Below are positions 45,833-56,106 of a DNA stretch of 64,000 nucleotides, piece after piece. Each line of letters starts with the position of its first letter. Position 1 is the stretch's first letter. The position numbers and the translations under genes are program-made. The notes beneath the pieces were generated by a model, which ran no database searches, was not told where the DNA came from, and saw only the letters and a list, made by a program, of their open reading frames with translations. The DNA lies in the NCBI GenBank assembly GCA_017552705.1, contig JAFZOY010000010.1, positions 3,486 through 67,485 on the forward strand. Reading direction: 5' to 3'. Source of the DNA: Bacteroidales bacterium (GTDB lineage: Bacteria; Bacteroidota; Bacteroidia; Bacteroidales; UBA1715).

Positions 45833-46987
45833 ATGTCAATAGGAATTGATACAAAATGTTTGCATTTGGAAGACGGAGACGACCTTGACGCCAATTATGG
45901 CGCCGTGAGCTATCCGATTTACCAGACAGCTACATACGCCCATTTTGGCGTTGGGAAAAGCACTGGCTACGATTATAGCCGTTTGCAAAACCCCACCCGC
46001 AAGCAACTTGAAAAAATAATTGCTTCGCTTGAAAATGGCATCGACGCTCTTGCCCTAACGTCGGGAATGGCGGCAATTTCCTTGCTGATGGAGTTATTCC
46101 GCCAGAACGACCACATTATTATTGAATCGGATTTGTATGGAGGAAGCACACGGCTTTTCAGAACGGTTTCCGAGAAAAACGGATTATCGTTCTCGAGTGT
46201 TGACTGCACAAACATTGAAGCCGTTGAAATGTGCATAACAAACAATACCAAGGCTATTTACATTGAAACGCCTACCAATCCGATGATAAATGTTGCCGAC
46301 ATCAGGGCGTTGGCGGAACTTGCCCATCGGAACAGACTTTTACTGATTGTTGATAACACATTTTTGTCGCCCTATTTCCAAAATCCTCTTGATTTGGGTG
46401 CGGATATTGTGGTGCATAGCGGCACAAAATTTCTGGGCGGCCACAACGACACACTGGCGGGATTCATTGTAACCAACAATCAAAAAATAAGCGACGACTT
46501 GCGTTTTCTGATTAAAACCACTGGTACAGGACTTGCTCCGTTCGACTGCTGGCTGTTGATTCGTGGCGTGAAGACGCTCGGCATTCGTATGAAAAAAGCA
46601 CAGGAAAACGCGCTCAAAATAGCAGAATGGCTGAAAACACAACCCATTGTCACCAAGGTTATCTACCCAGGATTACCCGAACATTCGGGACATTCAATTT
46701 TGAAAAAACAGGCACGCGGATTCGGTTCAATGCTCACGTTCCAAGTGCAGAAAAAAGAGTTCGCCTGTAGTTTTCTTGAAAAAGTGAAGCTGATAAAATT
46801 TGCTGAAAGTTTAGGTGGTGTCGAAACGCTTGTGACATACCCTATTACACAAACCCACGCCGAAGTTCCGCCAGAGGAACTCGCTCGTAACGGAATAACT
46901 GACTGTACGTTACGCTTGTCTGTCGGCATTGAGGACAGTGACGATTTGATTGCGGAAATGGAAAAAGTTTTTAATGAATTAAAATGA
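45833..46987 (+). CDS. Cys/Met-metabolism PLP enzyme (cystathionine gamma-lyase/beta-lyase/gamma-synthase family)
   Basis: The start was refined to ATG 45833 (MSIGIDTKCLH). YSRLQNPT and the PLP-lysine motif HSGTKFLGGHNDTLAG are present. At 384 aa it fits MetB/MetC/CGL better than MetY. Confidence 0.88.
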   Translation: MSIGIDTKCLHLEDGDDLDANYGAVSYPIYQTATYAHFGVGKSTGYDYSRLQNPTRKQLEKIIASLENGIDALALTSGMAAISLLMELFRQNDHIIIESDLYGGSTRLFRTVSEKNGLSFSSVDCTNIEAVEMCITNNTKAIYIETPTNPMINVADIRALAELAHRNRLLLIVDNTFLSPYFQNPLDLGADIVVHSGTKFLGGHNDTLAGFIVTNNQKISDDLRFLIKTTGTGLAPFDCWLLIRGVKTLGIRMKKAQENALKIAEWLKTQPIVTKVIYPGLPEHSGHSILKKQARGFGSMLTFQVQKKEFACSFLEKVKLIKFAESLGGVETLVTYPITQTHAEVPPEELARNGITDCTLRLSVGIEDSDDLIAEMEKVFNELK

Positions 46988-47031
46988 TAATTTAGAAAAA
47001 CATCATTTTAAAAAAAACTTACGTTGAAAAA

Positions 47032-48231
47032 ATGGCAGAACGAAATCTTGATTTTGATACTATTGTAAACCGTTGCGACACTGATTGCCTGAAATACGAT
47101 TTTGCAAAGGAACGGGGGCTTCCTGCCGACGTGTTGCCCCTTTGGGTTGCCGATATGGATTTTAGAACGTCGTCGTATATTGAAGATGCTCTTATTGAGC
47201 GAGTTATGCACGGTGTATTTGGCTATAGCGATTCAAAGGAGCGATATTTCAATGCAGTTGCCTCGTGGATGGAAAAACAGCACCATTGGCGTGTGCACCC
47301 GTCGTGGCTTGTAAAAACGCCAGGTGTAGTGTGTGCTTTGGCTATGGCTGTAAAAGCTTTTACACACGAAGGCGACAAGGTGTTAATCCAACAACCAGTC
47401 TATTACCCCTTTACAGGAGTGATTGAAAGTAATCGCCGCATAGTGGTAAGCAACGACCTGATTTTAGGTGACGACAATCGCTATCATATTGATTTTAAGG
47501 ATTTTGAAAATAAAATACGGCAACATGACATAAAACTTTTTTTGTTGTGTAGTCCACACAATCCTGTCGGCAGGGTTTGGAGTCGCGACGAATTGACCAA
47601 AATTGGCGAAATCTGCCTACGTTACGGTGTGATTGTCGTTAGTGACGAAATCCACAACGATTTTGTGTTCCGTGGCGAACATACTGTTTTTGCAAATATT
47701 AGCAAAGAATTTGCCGACATAAGCGTCACATGCACCGCCCCGAGCAAGACGTTCAACCTCGCTTCGTTGCTCGTTTCCAACATTTTTATACCAAATAGGA
47801 ATCTACGATGTGCCTTCCGCAATCAATATGCTGCGGCGGGAATGAGCCAAATCAGCGCATTGGGGCTTGTTGCCTGTGAAGCGGCGTACAACCACGGACA
47901 AGAATGGTACATGGCAATGAAAACGTATGTTGCTGAAAATATAGCATTTACACGCAACTATATAGAGAAAAATATTGCCGATGTACGTATGATTGACTTG
48001 GAGGGAACGTATCTTGTGTGGCTTGACTTTAGGAAATTGGGACTAACAAATGCCCAATTGGAAGATTTGATTATAAATCACGCACACTTGTGGTTGGACA
48101 GCGGAAGCATTTTTGGAAAAACTGGTGATGGTTTTCAACGGATAAATGTCGCCTGTCAACGTTCCACTTTGCTCGAAGCACTCAAACGAATCGAGGCGGT
48201 TGTCAAAAATGTAGATTCTTCGAAATTATAA
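47032..48231 (+). CDS. MalY/PatB-family C-S lyase (class I aminotransferase fold)
   Basis: FDTIVNRCDTDCLKYDF is the PatB-type N-terminus. LWVADMDF, the PLP-lysine motif APSKTFNLASL and a C-terminal QRINVACQRSTL are present. Confidence 0.85.
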   Translation: MAERNLDFDTIVNRCDTDCLKYDFAKERGLPADVLPLWVADMDFRTSSYIEDALIERVMHGVFGYSDSKERYFNAVASWMEKQHHWRVHPSWLVKTPGVVCALAMAVKAFTHEGDKVLIQQPVYYPFTGVIESNRRIVVSNDLILGDDNRYHIDFKDFENKIRQHDIKLFLLCSPHNPVGRVWSRDELTKIGEICLRYGVIVVSDEIHNDFVFRGEHTVFANISKEFADISVTCTAPSKTFNLASLLVSNIFIPNRNLRCAFRNQYAAAGMSQISALGLVACEAAYNHGQEWYMAMKTYVAENIAFTRNYIEKNIADVRMIDLEGTYLVWLDFRKLGLTNAQLEDLIINHAHLWLDSGSIFGKTGDGFQRINVACQRSTLLEALKRIEAVVKNVDSSKL

Positions 48232-48241
48232 TTCAAAGATT

Positions 48242-49132
48242 ATGAACAAAATAAACATATTAAAGAAAAATGTTGACATTCTTTCGGAATTAACCGAAGC
48301 AGAAAAAACAATGAAGACCGAAGGCGGAAAACAACCTTCAATAAAGGCAGTGGAAACCATTATTGAACTGCTGAAACAAATCATGTTTCCTGGTTATTTT
48401 GGGACAGAAATCAGAAACAATGACAGCAGGCACTATCACATAGGCATTAGCATGGAACTGTTGGAGATGGAGCTGAAAGAACAAATTCTATTGAGTTTTA
48501 TAGGCTTCAAAGGCGAAAAAGTTCAGGAAACCGAGATAGATGAGATAACACTACGTTTTATTGACACCATTCCTGAAATAAAACGTGTGCTTTACACCGA
48601 CATCGAGGCAATGTATAACTCCGATCCTGCGGTAACGGCCTACGGCGAGATTATTTTCTGCTATCCAATTGTACAAGTTATGATTCATTACCGTGTTGCA
48701 CACGCATTGCTGCAACTTGGCGTGCCGGTGTTGCCTCGGATTATTTCGGAAATGGCCCATTCAAAAACAGGCATTGACATTCATCCCGGGGCGCAAATTG
48801 GAGAATATTTTTCAATCGACCACGGAACAGGTGTGGTTATTGGCGAAACGTGTGTAATTGGCAACCACGTCACTCTGTATCAGGGCGTTACATTGGGAGC
48901 AAAAAAATTTACGTTTAACGAAAACGGACAACCGGTAAACGTGCCACGTCACCCCATAATTGAAGATAACGTCACCATATATTCCAATTCATCTATACTT
49001 GGTCGTATCACAATTGGGCACGATACCGTGGTTGGTGGTAACATTTGGCTCACAGAAAGCGTGAAACCATATTCAAAGATAATCCAGCAAAAAGCTGTGA
49101 CATCTACATTCACCGACGGCGCCGGAATATAA
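48242..49132 (+). CDS. cysE: Serine O-acetyltransferase (long N-terminal form)
   Basis: YRVAHALLQLGVPVLPRIISEMAHSKTGIDIHPGAQIGEYFSIDHGTGVVIGETCVIGNHVTLYQGVTLG gives the SAT core and left-handed hexapeptide repeats. Confidence 0.9.
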   Translation: MNKINILKKNVDILSELTEAEKTMKTEGGKQPSIKAVETIIELLKQIMFPGYFGTEIRNNDSRHYHIGISMELLEMELKEQILLSFIGFKGEKVQETEIDEITLRFIDTIPEIKRVLYTDIEAMYNSDPAVTAYGEIIFCYPIVQVMIHYRVAHALLQLGVPVLPRIISEMAHSKTGIDIHPGAQIGEYFSIDHGTGVVIGETCVIGNHVTLYQGVTLGAKKFTFNENGQPVNVPRHPIIEDNVTIYSNSSILGRITIGHDTVVGGNIWLTESVKPYSKIIQQKAVTSTFTDGAGI

Positions 49133-49156
49133 CTTCACAAAATTGTTAGAGAATTA

Positions 49157-49220
49157 TTGTTTTTCCTTGCTTCATAAGTAAAAAGATAAACTTTGTTCCT
49201 GCTTGCCCAAGGAAAAACAA
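49157..49220. repeat. Perfect 13-bp inverted repeat TTGTTTTTCCTTG-N38-CAAGGAAAAACAA downstream of cysE
   Basis: I read it directly. The arms are at 49157-49169 and 49208-49220. Confidence 0.6.
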
Positions 49221-49395
49221 ATTATGATTTTATATTTCAATACACGAAAAGAGAATGTCTACTTTTTCCCACACAATTTCTCCACACTTTCATCCTTCTA
49301 TCCGAAAAAAACATATCTTTGCAAAAATTTTTTAACGTGGGGGTACTATGCGGTAACGCAAGTGGACTAACACGTTATCACACAATTGAGGATAC

Positions 49396-50286
49396 ATGAA
49401 ACGTAATTCAAAACGACAAAATAAAGCAATCCGCCAGCGGATGGTTACGTCGTACACGTCAACATTGATAAGCGTTGCGTTGGTTCTGTTTGTTCTTAGT
49501 TTAATAGGATTGTTGCTCACCAGCGAACGTACATTGTCGAATCACATAAAAGAAAAAGTTGGGTTCACCTTGTTCCTGAAATCCGATGTTCGCGAAGCGG
49601 ATATGTTCGAACTGCGGAAAAAAATCGACGCAATGGAAATGGTGAAATCAACGGAATATATTTCCGCCGAGGAAGCAAGCAACCGTTTGGCGGAAACATT
49701 AGGACAAAACTATGTGGATTTGGCGGAAGGAAATCCCATTCCACCATCGTTGGAAGTGCATTTCTACGCCGACTACGCCACTCCCGAAAATTTCGTGTTT
49801 ATCGAACAGCAGTTCAAAAACAACGAATTGGTTGACTCCATCCACTACGACCGCTCGCACATTAAAACACTGAATGCCAACATAAAACGAATAAGTTGGT
49901 TTTTATTAGCATTGAGCGCATTGCTGTTTTTGGTGTCGGTGGTATTGATTCACAACACCATACGTTTGTCGATTTATTCAAAAAGATTTTTAATAAAAAC
50001 CATGCAACTTGTGGGTGCCACAAACCGCTACATCCGTTCGCCATTCCTTTTGCGTGGGGCGTTTCAGGGATTTTTGAGCGGACTGATTGCAGTGGCGCTC
50101 ACCACAGGAATTTTGTATTTATTGCAAACCGAAGCATACGAAATCATCAAATATCTTGACTTTGAGCTATTAGGTATTGTATTTTTGGCGGTGATTTTAA
50201 TCGGAATGTTCCTCACATTCGTGGCTACATTCTTTGCACTCAATAAATTTTTAAAGAAAACGAAAGACGAACTATACATTATATAA
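49396..50286 (+). CDS. ftsX: Cell-division ABC-transporter permease-like protein FtsX
   Basis: The basic N-terminus is followed by a TM helix (SYTSTLISVALVLFVLSLIGLLL), an extracytoplasmic domain and three C-terminal TM helices. It is in conserved synteny with uppP and truB. Confidence 0.85.
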   Translation: MKRNSKRQNKAIRQRMVTSYTSTLISVALVLFVLSLIGLLLTSERTLSNHIKEKVGFTLFLKSDVREADMFELRKKIDAMEMVKSTEYISAEEASNRLAETLGQNYVDLAEGNPIPPSLEVHFYADYATPENFVFIEQQFKNNELVDSIHYDRSHIKTLNANIKRISWFLLALSALLFLVSVVLIHNTIRLSIYSKRFLIKTMQLVGATNRYIRSPFLLRGAFQGFLSGLIAVALTTGILYLLQTEAYEIIKYLDFELLGIVFLAVILIGMFLTFVATFFALNKFLKKTKDELYII

Positions 50287-50288
50287 TT

Positions 50289-50579
50289 ATGAAACTATTC
50301 TCGAACTTGCAAATCGAAGAAGACAAGCATTACACATTTAGTCGGACAAACTACATTCTCATTGCAGTTGGCGTAGTGATTCTGTTGATTGGATTCATAC
50401 TTCTTTCGGGCGGAGCATCTTCCCCCGAAGAATTTTATCCTAACGGCGATGCCACGCAAACTCCCGAAATATTCAATTTCAGAAGATTGACACTCGCTCC
50501 GATAGTGATTCTTTTCGGATTCTTTTTTGAAATATTCGCAATACTTTGGTCTTCAAATTCTAAAAAAGAAAATAACTAA
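50289..50579 (+). CDS. Small two-TM membrane protein (DUF3098-like; family name from memory)
   Basis: The 96-aa protein has [26 protein letters not shown] and a second TM helix. It occupies the ftsX-uppP position typical of Bacteroidota. Confidence 0.7.
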   Translation: MKLFSNLQIEEDKHYTFSRTNYILIAVGVVILLIGFILLSGGASSPEEFYPNGDATQTPEIFNFRRLTLAPIVILFGFFFEIFAILWSSNSKKENN

Positions 50580-51385
50580 TGGATTGTTTTCAGGCATTTA
50601 TCCTTGGATTGATTCAAGGTCTTACGGAATACCTGCCGGTGAGCAGCAGCGGACATTTAGCAATTGGCTCTGCATTGTTCGGATTGGACGACGGCGAGGC
50701 TAACCTCACGTTTACGGTTGCGGTGCATGTGGCAACAGTTCTCAGCACACTCGTCGTGCTGTGGAAAGAAATAGTTTGGTTGTTCAAGGGATTTTTCCAA
50801 TTCAAAATGAACGACGAAATGAAATATATTCTCAACATCCTCGTTTCCATGATTCCAGTGGGGATTGTCGGAGTGTTTTTCAAAGACACGGTGGAAGAAA
50901 TCTTTGGCTCGGGCTTGCTGATTGTTGGCATAATGTTGCTTGTTACCGCTACATTGCTGGCATTTTCATACTTTGCAAAGCCTCGTGAAAAAGAAACTAT
51001 TTCGTTGAAGGATGCATTTATAATTGGCTTGGCGCAAGCCTGTGCGGTTATGCCAGGACTTTCGCGTTCGGGTTCCACAATAGCTACAGGATTGCTACTC
51101 GGCAACAAGAAAGAAAATCTTGCCCAATTCTCATTTTTGATGGTGATACCACCAATTCTGGGCGAAGCCCTGCTCGACTGTCTGAAAATCGCAAAATCAG
51201 GCTACGAGTCGGTTTCGGCAGGAATTTCACCGATAGCATTGTTGGTCGGATTTCTAACAGCTTTTGTTTCAGGTTGTTTTGCCTGCAAATTGATGATAAA
51301 CCTTGTGAAAAAAGGTAAACTGATATATTTCGCTATCTATTGTGCGATAGTTGCAATAGCTGTCATAACTTACACTTGTTTATAA
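50579..51385 (+). CDS. uppP: Undecaprenyl-diphosphate phosphatase
   Basis: [15 protein letters not shown] and [10 protein letters not shown] motifs are present. The start overlaps the upstream stop (TAATG). Confidence 0.93.
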   Translation: MDCFQAFILGLIQGLTEYLPVSSSGHLAIGSALFGLDDGEANLTFTVAVHVATVLSTLVVLWKEIVWLFKGFFQFKMNDEMKYILNILVSMIPVGIVGVFFKDTVEEIFGSGLLIVGIMLLVTATLLAFSYFAKPREKETISLKDAFIIGLAQACAVMPGLSRSGSTIATGLLLGNKKENLAQFSFLMVIPPILGEALLDCLKIAKSGYESVSAGISPIALLVGFLTAFVSGCFACKLMINLVKKGKLIYFAIYCAIVAIAVITYTCL

Positions 51386-51386
51386 G

Positions 51387-52082
51387 ATGGATTTCATAGA
51401 GGGAGAAGTATTATATTTTAACAAACCGCTGCACTGGACTTCGTTTGACGTGGTAAACAAAACGAGGTACATCTTGCGTCATTCCCTCGGTGTAAAAAAA
51501 ATCAAAGTCGGACACGCGGGAACACTCGACCCGTTGGCTACAGGCGTTATGATTCTCTGCACGGGGAAGGCTACCAAAACCATAGACACCTATCTCCACA
51601 AAGACAAAGAATATATTGCAACCATAAAATTAGGTGCCACCACCCCTTCGTTTGACGGTGAAACCGAAGAAAATGCGACATTTCCAACCGAACATATTAC
51701 CCGTGAACTGGTGATAGAAACCCTTCAGAAATTTATCGGAGAAATCGACCAAGTTCCGCCCGTGTATTCGGCTGTCCGCATCGACGGGAAACACGCCTAC
51801 GAACACGCCCGAAAAGCAAAAGATATAGAAATTCAACCCCGAAAGGTACGAATCGACTCTATCGAATTGCTTGATTTCGCATTGCCGTATATTCAAATAC
51901 GAATCGCATGCAGCAAGGGAACGTATATCCGTTCATTGGCAAACGACATTGGAAAGGCATTGCATAGCGGTGGATATGTGTCGTCGCTTCAACGGACAAA
52001 AGTCGGCGATGTAACACTTGACGACTGTATTTCAATAGAATCATTTCAAGAACAAATAGAACAGGAAAAAGTAGTATTATGA
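51387..52082 (+). CDS. truB: tRNA pseudouridine(55) synthase
   Basis: [21 protein letters not shown] (catalytic Asp) and [14 protein letters not shown] are present. Confidence 0.93.
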   Translation: MDFIEGEVLYFNKPLHWTSFDVVNKTRYILRHSLGVKKIKVGHAGTLDPLATGVMILCTGKATKTIDTYLHKDKEYIATIKLGATTPSFDGETEENATFPTEHITRELVIETLQKFIGEIDQVPPVYSAVRIDGKHAYEHARKAKDIEIQPRKVRIDSIELLDFALPYIQIRIACSKGTYIRSLANDIGKALHSGGYVSSLQRTKVGDVTLDDCISIESFQEQIEQEKVVL

Positions 52083-53137
52083 AGTTATCAGAATTTAAAT
52101 TGAAAATCCCTGCAGAATCAATTGCATTGTATCCTGCGGAAAATCGTGACGAGGCTCGTTTGTTGGTTTTGGACGCAAAAACCGGAAACATCGAGCACAA
52201 AATGTTTAAAGAGATAATTGAATATTTTGATGACAAGGACGTACTTGTCTTGAACAACACAAGAGTATTTCCTGCTCGTTTGTACGGCAACAAGGAACGC
52301 ACCGGCGCACGGATTGAAGTGTTCCTGCTGCGTGAATTGAACCGTGAACAATATCTTTGGGATGTGCTTGTTGACCCGGCACGTAAAATCCGTATCGGCA
52401 ACAAATTGTATTTTGGCGAAAACGATGAACTTGTTGCCGAAGTAATCGACAACACCACGTCACGTGGCCGTACAATCCGTTTCCTATGCGAAGAGGACTA
52501 TGATACTTTCAAGAAGATACTATTTTCGTTGGGTGAAACTCCACTTCCCGACCACATTTTGGCTGGCCGTAAGGTTGAGGATGCCGATCAAGAACGATTC
52601 CAGAATATTTTTGCGACCGAAGAAGGTTCTGTGGCTCTTCCAGCCGCCGGCACACACTTCAGCCGTGAATTGATGAAACGTTTGGAAATCAAAGGTGTTG
52701 ACTTAACCTACCTGACACTGCACATGGGCTTGGGTAACTTCAGCTCGGTGGAAGTTGAGGACCTTACCAAACACAAAATGGATTCGGAACGAATGATTAT
52801 AACGCCCGAAGTTGCCGATGTGGTGAACAACGCCCGCGAAGGACGTCATAATATTTTCGCCTGCGGAACAACTGTTCTCCGCGCTATGGAATCTTCGGTT
52901 TCCATGAACGGATTCCTCAAACCATACGATGGATGGACGAACAAATTCATATTCCCGCCATACGATTTCTCGATAGCAAACCGACTTATCTCGAATTTCC
53001 ACCTATCGCAATCCACTATGTACATGATGGTGTGCGCATTCGGAGGTTTTGAGTTAGTAAAACGGACATACGAAACCGCAATAAAGGAAGGCTATCGTTT
53101 TGGTTCATACGGCGACGCGTTGTTGATTTTGAAATAA
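52079..53137 (+). CDS. queA: S-adenosylmethionine:tRNA ribosyltransferase-isomerase
   Basis: [37 protein letters not shown] and LHMGLGNF are present. There is a 4-nt ATGA overlap with truB. Confidence 0.93.
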   Translation: MKLSEFKLKIPAESIALYPAENRDEARLLVLDAKTGNIEHKMFKEIIEYFDDKDVLVLNNTRVFPARLYGNKERTGARIEVFLLRELNREQYLWDVLVDPARKIRIGNKLYFGENDELVAEVIDNTTSRGRTIRFLCEEDYDTFKKILFSLGETPLPDHILAGRKVEDADQERFQNIFATEEGSVALPAAGTHFSRELMKRLEIKGVDLTYLTLHMGLGNFSSVEVEDLTKHKMDSERMIITPEVADVVNNAREGRHNIFACGTTVLRAMESSVSMNGFLKPYDGWTNKFIFPPYDFSIANRLISNFHLSQSTMYMMVCAFGGFELVKRTYETAIKEGYRFGSYGDALLILK

Positions 53138-53138
53138 T

Positions 53139-54056
53139 ATGATTTCAATAATTGTCTGTACCTACAATCGTGACGCATACATCTACAAAACTCTGGAATG
53201 TATTGCAAAAAACGGCGTTTCGGCAGATGATTACGAGATTGTTCTGATCGACAACAATTGCACCGACAACACTGTTTCGGAATGCCGACGGTTTCAGGAA
53301 AATTATCCGAACGTCCACTATTCCTATTTTTTAGAAACAAATCAAGGCCTCTCGTATGCAAGAAACCGTGGCATACAAGAGGCAAAAGGTGACTATTGCG
53401 TGTTTCTCGACGACGATGCCTACGTACAACCCGATTATCTGAAAAATCTCAATCGGAATCTCATTCAATATCCTGATACTGTTGCATTTGGCGGAAAAAT
53501 CACGCCGTTGTACGAATCAGGCTACGAACCTGATTGGATTTCACCCCGTTTGGTGCCAATCATGTCGGCTATCGACAAAGGGTCTTCGGTTGTGGAATTT
53601 ACGGGAAATGCCTATCCCATCGGGGCAAATATGGGCTTCAAAAAGCAATGTTTCAACACGGTTGGAATGTTTAACACAGCATTAGGACGGACAAAGAAAA
53701 ATATGCTCGGCGGCGAAGAAAAAGATATGTTTGACCGTATCCGCCAAGAGAATATGAAAATACTTTACTTCCCGAACATTACAGTGCAACACGTGATTCC
53801 CAAATCGCGGACAACCATGGATTTTGTCCGTAAAGTTGCCTTTGGCGTAGGAATGAGCGAAAAGATACGCTGTTCGGGAAATGCAAAGAAATATTGTGCC
53901 GCCATACTCAAAGAATGTTGGAAATGGTGTGGCTCATTTGCTTTGGCAGCATGGTACATTCTGTCGGGAACACCGGCAAAATCAAAAGCGATTCTGATTT
54001 TCCGTTGGAATGTAACCAAAGGTTTACTCACAAGAAAAAAATACACCGATGATTGA
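53139..54056 (+). CDS. Family 2 glycosyltransferase
   Basis: ISIIVCTYNRDAYI, VLIDNNCTDNT, ARNRGIQEAKGDYCVFLDDD (DxD) are present. Confidence 0.85.
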   Translation: MISIIVCTYNRDAYIYKTLECIAKNGVSADDYEIVLIDNNCTDNTVSECRRFQENYPNVHYSYFLETNQGLSYARNRGIQEAKGDYCVFLDDDAYVQPDYLKNLNRNLIQYPDTVAFGGKITPLYESGYEPDWISPRLVPIMSAIDKGSSVVEFTGNAYPIGANMGFKKQCFNTVGMFNTALGRTKKNMLGGEEKDMFDRIRQENMKILYFPNITVQHVIPKSRTTMDFVRKVAFGVGMSEKIRCSGNAKKYCAAILKECWKWCGSFALAAWYILSGTPAKSKAILIFRWNVTKGLLTRKKYTDD

Positions 54057-54714
54057 CCCGAAAATAGAACCAAGCTGGAAATCAGTGCTGATTGACGAAT
54101 TCAACAAACCGTATTTTGTTGCGTTAAAGGATTTTCTTGTTGAAGAAAAAAAGAAATATGTGGTATATCCTGCAGGTGCCAATATTTTCAACGCATTCGC
54201 CTGTACTCCGTTCGACCAAGTAAAAGTTGTGATAATCGGTCAAGACCCATATCATGGACCAGGACAAGCCCACGGGCTTTCTTTTTCAGTCCCCGAAGGA
54301 ATACAGAAACCGCCTTCGTTGGTCAACATTTTTAAAGAATTACACGACGACATTGGCAAACCGATTCCCGAGAGTGGAAATCTGGAAGCATGGGCAAAAC
54401 AAGGCGTGCTGTTGCTAAACGCAACCCTTACCGTACGGGCGAATCAAGCCGGTTCGCACCAAAAACACGGTTGGGAACAATTCACCGACAGCGTTATCTC
54501 CACCCTTTCGAAACAAAAAACAGGCTTGGTATTTCTCTTGTGGGGACGATTCGCACAAGACAAAGCGACACTGATTGACGCGTCAAAACATTTTATACTG
54601 AAAGCCGCCCATCCGTCGCCACTCTCCGCCTACAACGGATTTTTCGGATGCAAACATTTCTCTAAGGCAAACGAAATATTACTGTCACAAGGGAAAACGC
54701 CAATAGCATGGTAA
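54049..54714 (+). CDS. ung: Uracil-DNA glycosylase (family 1)
   Basis: VVIIGQDPYHGPGQAHGLSFSV, GVLLLNATLTV and HPSPLSA are present. Confidence 0.95.
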   Translation: MIDPKIEPSWKSVLIDEFNKPYFVALKDFLVEEKKKYVVYPAGANIFNAFACTPFDQVKVVIIGQDPYHGPGQAHGLSFSVPEGIQKPPSLVNIFKELHDDIGKPIPESGNLEAWAKQGVLLLNATLTVRANQAGSHQKHGWEQFTDSVISTLSKQKTGLVFLLWGRFAQDKATLIDASKHFILKAAHPSPLSAYNGFFGCKHFSKANEILLSQGKTPIAW

Positions 54715-54724
54715 AAATAAAAAA

Positions 54725-54749
54725 GGAACAATTTCTTGTTCCTTTTTTT
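54725..54749. terminator. Rho-independent (bidirectional) terminator between ung and tRNA-His
   Basis: The sequence is aaaaGGAACAAtttcTTGTTCCttttttt. It forms a perfect 7-bp stem, flanked by an A-run and a T-run. Confidence 0.75.
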
Positions 54750-54750
54750 G

Positions 54751-54828
54751 TGGGGTGCCCGGAGGGATTCGAACCCTCGACATTCAGAACCACAATCTGA
54801 CGCTCTAACCAACTGAACTACGGGCACC
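54751..54828 (-). tRNA. tRNA-His (anticodon GTG) with encoded G-1 and CCA
   Basis: The reverse complement is GGTGCCCGTAGTTCAGTTGGTTAGAGCGTCAGATTGTGGTTCTGAATGTCGAGGGTTCGAATCCCTCCGGGCACCCCA. The anticodon stem is TCAGA/TCTGA and the loop is TTGTGGT. The T-loop is GGTTCGAATCC. An extra 5' G pairs with C73. Confidence 0.92.
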
Positions 54829-54874
54829 ATCTAAATCGGTGCAAAAGTAAGGATTTTTTTATATTCGCAAAATA

Positions 54875-55297
54875 TTATTGCATTTTTTGTTCAGAGAGAA
54901 GTTTTCCTTCCTTGCTATAATATTTCCACGTGCCTGCCGGCCGTCCTTTTTCGTACTTTGCAATATAATCAACCTTTCCATTGTCGAACCATTGGGTGAA
55001 AGTGCCATCCAACATTCCGTTTTTGTAGTTTCCCTCAAACATTTTTTCCCCATTTTGGTACCAAAACGTATTCACACCATCTTTAACTCCATTACTATAA
55101 TGTATTTCCTCCTGCTTTTCGCCATTGATGTAGTAGCGGAGAGTGCGGCATGGATTAAGCGTGTCGTTTTCGGTGAAATATTCAACAAACGCAGGTTTTC
55201 CGTTGGGATGTGAAACCACAACATGCTCAGATTCATTCGAACACGAAACAAATATAAACGATGCGAAGCACGCGCACCAGAAGAAAAATTTTTTCAT
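54875..55297 (-). CDS. MORN-repeat (YwqK-like) lipoprotein
   Basis: It has a lipoprotein signal MKKFFFWCACFASFIFVSCS. The repeats are YxNGxKxxE/G (HYSNGVKDGVNTFWYQNGEKMFEGNYKNGMLDGTFTQWFDNGK). ATG 55297 is preferred over GTG 55303. Confidence 0.75.
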   Translation of the reverse strand: MKKFFFWCACFASFIFVSCSNESEHVVVSHPNGKPAFVEYFTENDTLNPCRTLRYYINGEKQEEIHYSNGVKDGVNTFWYQNGEKMFEGNYKNGMLDGTFTQWFDNGKVDYIAKYEKGRPAGTWKYYSKEGKLLSEQKMQ

Positions 55298-55356
55298 ATA
55301 CACATCTTTATTTCGGCGACAAAAATATAATTTTTTGGAATAAATTTGAAAAAGTG

Positions 55357-55386
55357 TTTGTTATTATCCAAAGTTTTATACATTTG
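55357..55386 (+). promoter_or_regulatory. Candidate Bacteroidota sigma-A promoter for rplU-rpmA (-33 TTTG / -7 TAnnTTTG)
   Basis: TTTG at 55357-55360 is followed by an 18-nt spacer and TACATTTG at 55379-55386. It lies 34 nt upstream of the rplU ATG. Confidence 0.45.
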
Positions 55387-55419
55387 CAGTCCAAAATTAG
55401 AGGATAATAGTAATATACA

Positions 55420-55728
55420 ATGTACGCAATAGTAGAAATAGCAGGACAGCAATTTAAGGTTGCAAAAGACGATAAAATCTATGTGAATCGTCTTGTAAAC
55501 AATGAAGGTGAATCAGTAGATTTCGAAAACGTTCTTTTAGTTGCAGATAAAAGCGTGAAAGTTGGAACACCAACAGTTGCAGGTGCAAAAGTTTCAGCTA
55601 AAGTATTAGCTCACGTGAAAGGTGACAAAGTAATCGTTTTCAAGAAAAGACGTAGAAAAGGATACAAAGTTAAAAACGGTTTCAGAGCTGCTTTAACTCA
55701 AATCCAAATTGAAAATATTGTTGCATAA
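55420..55728 (+). CDS. rplU: 50S ribosomal protein L21
   Basis: MYAIVEIAGQQFKV… and KVIVFKKRRRKGY are present. Confidence 0.95.
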   Translation: MYAIVEIAGQQFKVAKDDKIYVNRLVNNEGESVDFENVLLVADKSVKVGTPTVAGAKVSAKVLAHVKGDKVIVFKKRRRKGYKVKNGFRAALTQIQIENIVA

Positions 55729-55744
55729 TTAAAGATTTTATAAG

Positions 55745-56002
55745 ATGGCACATAAAAAAGGTGTAGGTTCTTCTAAGAACGGTAGAGATTCAGAAAGCAA
55801 ACGACTTGGTGTAAAAAGATCAGGTGGTCAAGCAGTTGTTGCTGGTAATATTATAGTAAGACAACGTGGTACTGTAACTATGCCAGGTGAAAATGTTGGA
55901 ATGGGCCGCGACCACACTTTGTTCGCTTTAGTTGACGGAACTGTAAAATTCCAAAGAAAACGCGACAACAAGAAATTTGTTTCTGTGGTTCCACAGGCTT
56001 AA
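55745..56002 (+). CDS. rpmA: 50S ribosomal protein L27
   Basis: [24 protein letters not shown]…[10 protein letters not shown] is present. Confidence 0.95.
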   Translation: MAHKKGVGSSKNGRDSESKRLGVKRSGGQAVVAGNIIVRQRGTVTMPGENVGMGRDHTLFALVDGTVKFQRKRDNKKFVSVVPQA

Positions 56003-56028
56003 TCATTTCTTGAAATAAATCATTCAAA

Positions 56029-56077
56029 CTCCTGAATAATATATCCTCGTGTAGGAATATTATTCAGGAGTTTTTTT
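56029..56077 (+). terminator. Rho-independent terminator after rpmA
   Basis: CTCCTGAATAATAT (56029-42) pairs perfectly with ATATTATTCAGGAG (56057-70), followed by a T7 run. Confidence 0.8.
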
Positions 56078-56106
56078 ATATTTGTACAAATAAATTACAA
56101 AAAACA

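Noticed and set aside
54630-54830. A 66-aa minus-strand ORF (MVPVVQLVRASDCGSECRGFESLRAPHKK…)
   Set aside because: It is a translation of the tRNA-His gene and the ung terminator hairpin. The tRNA call explains the sequence.
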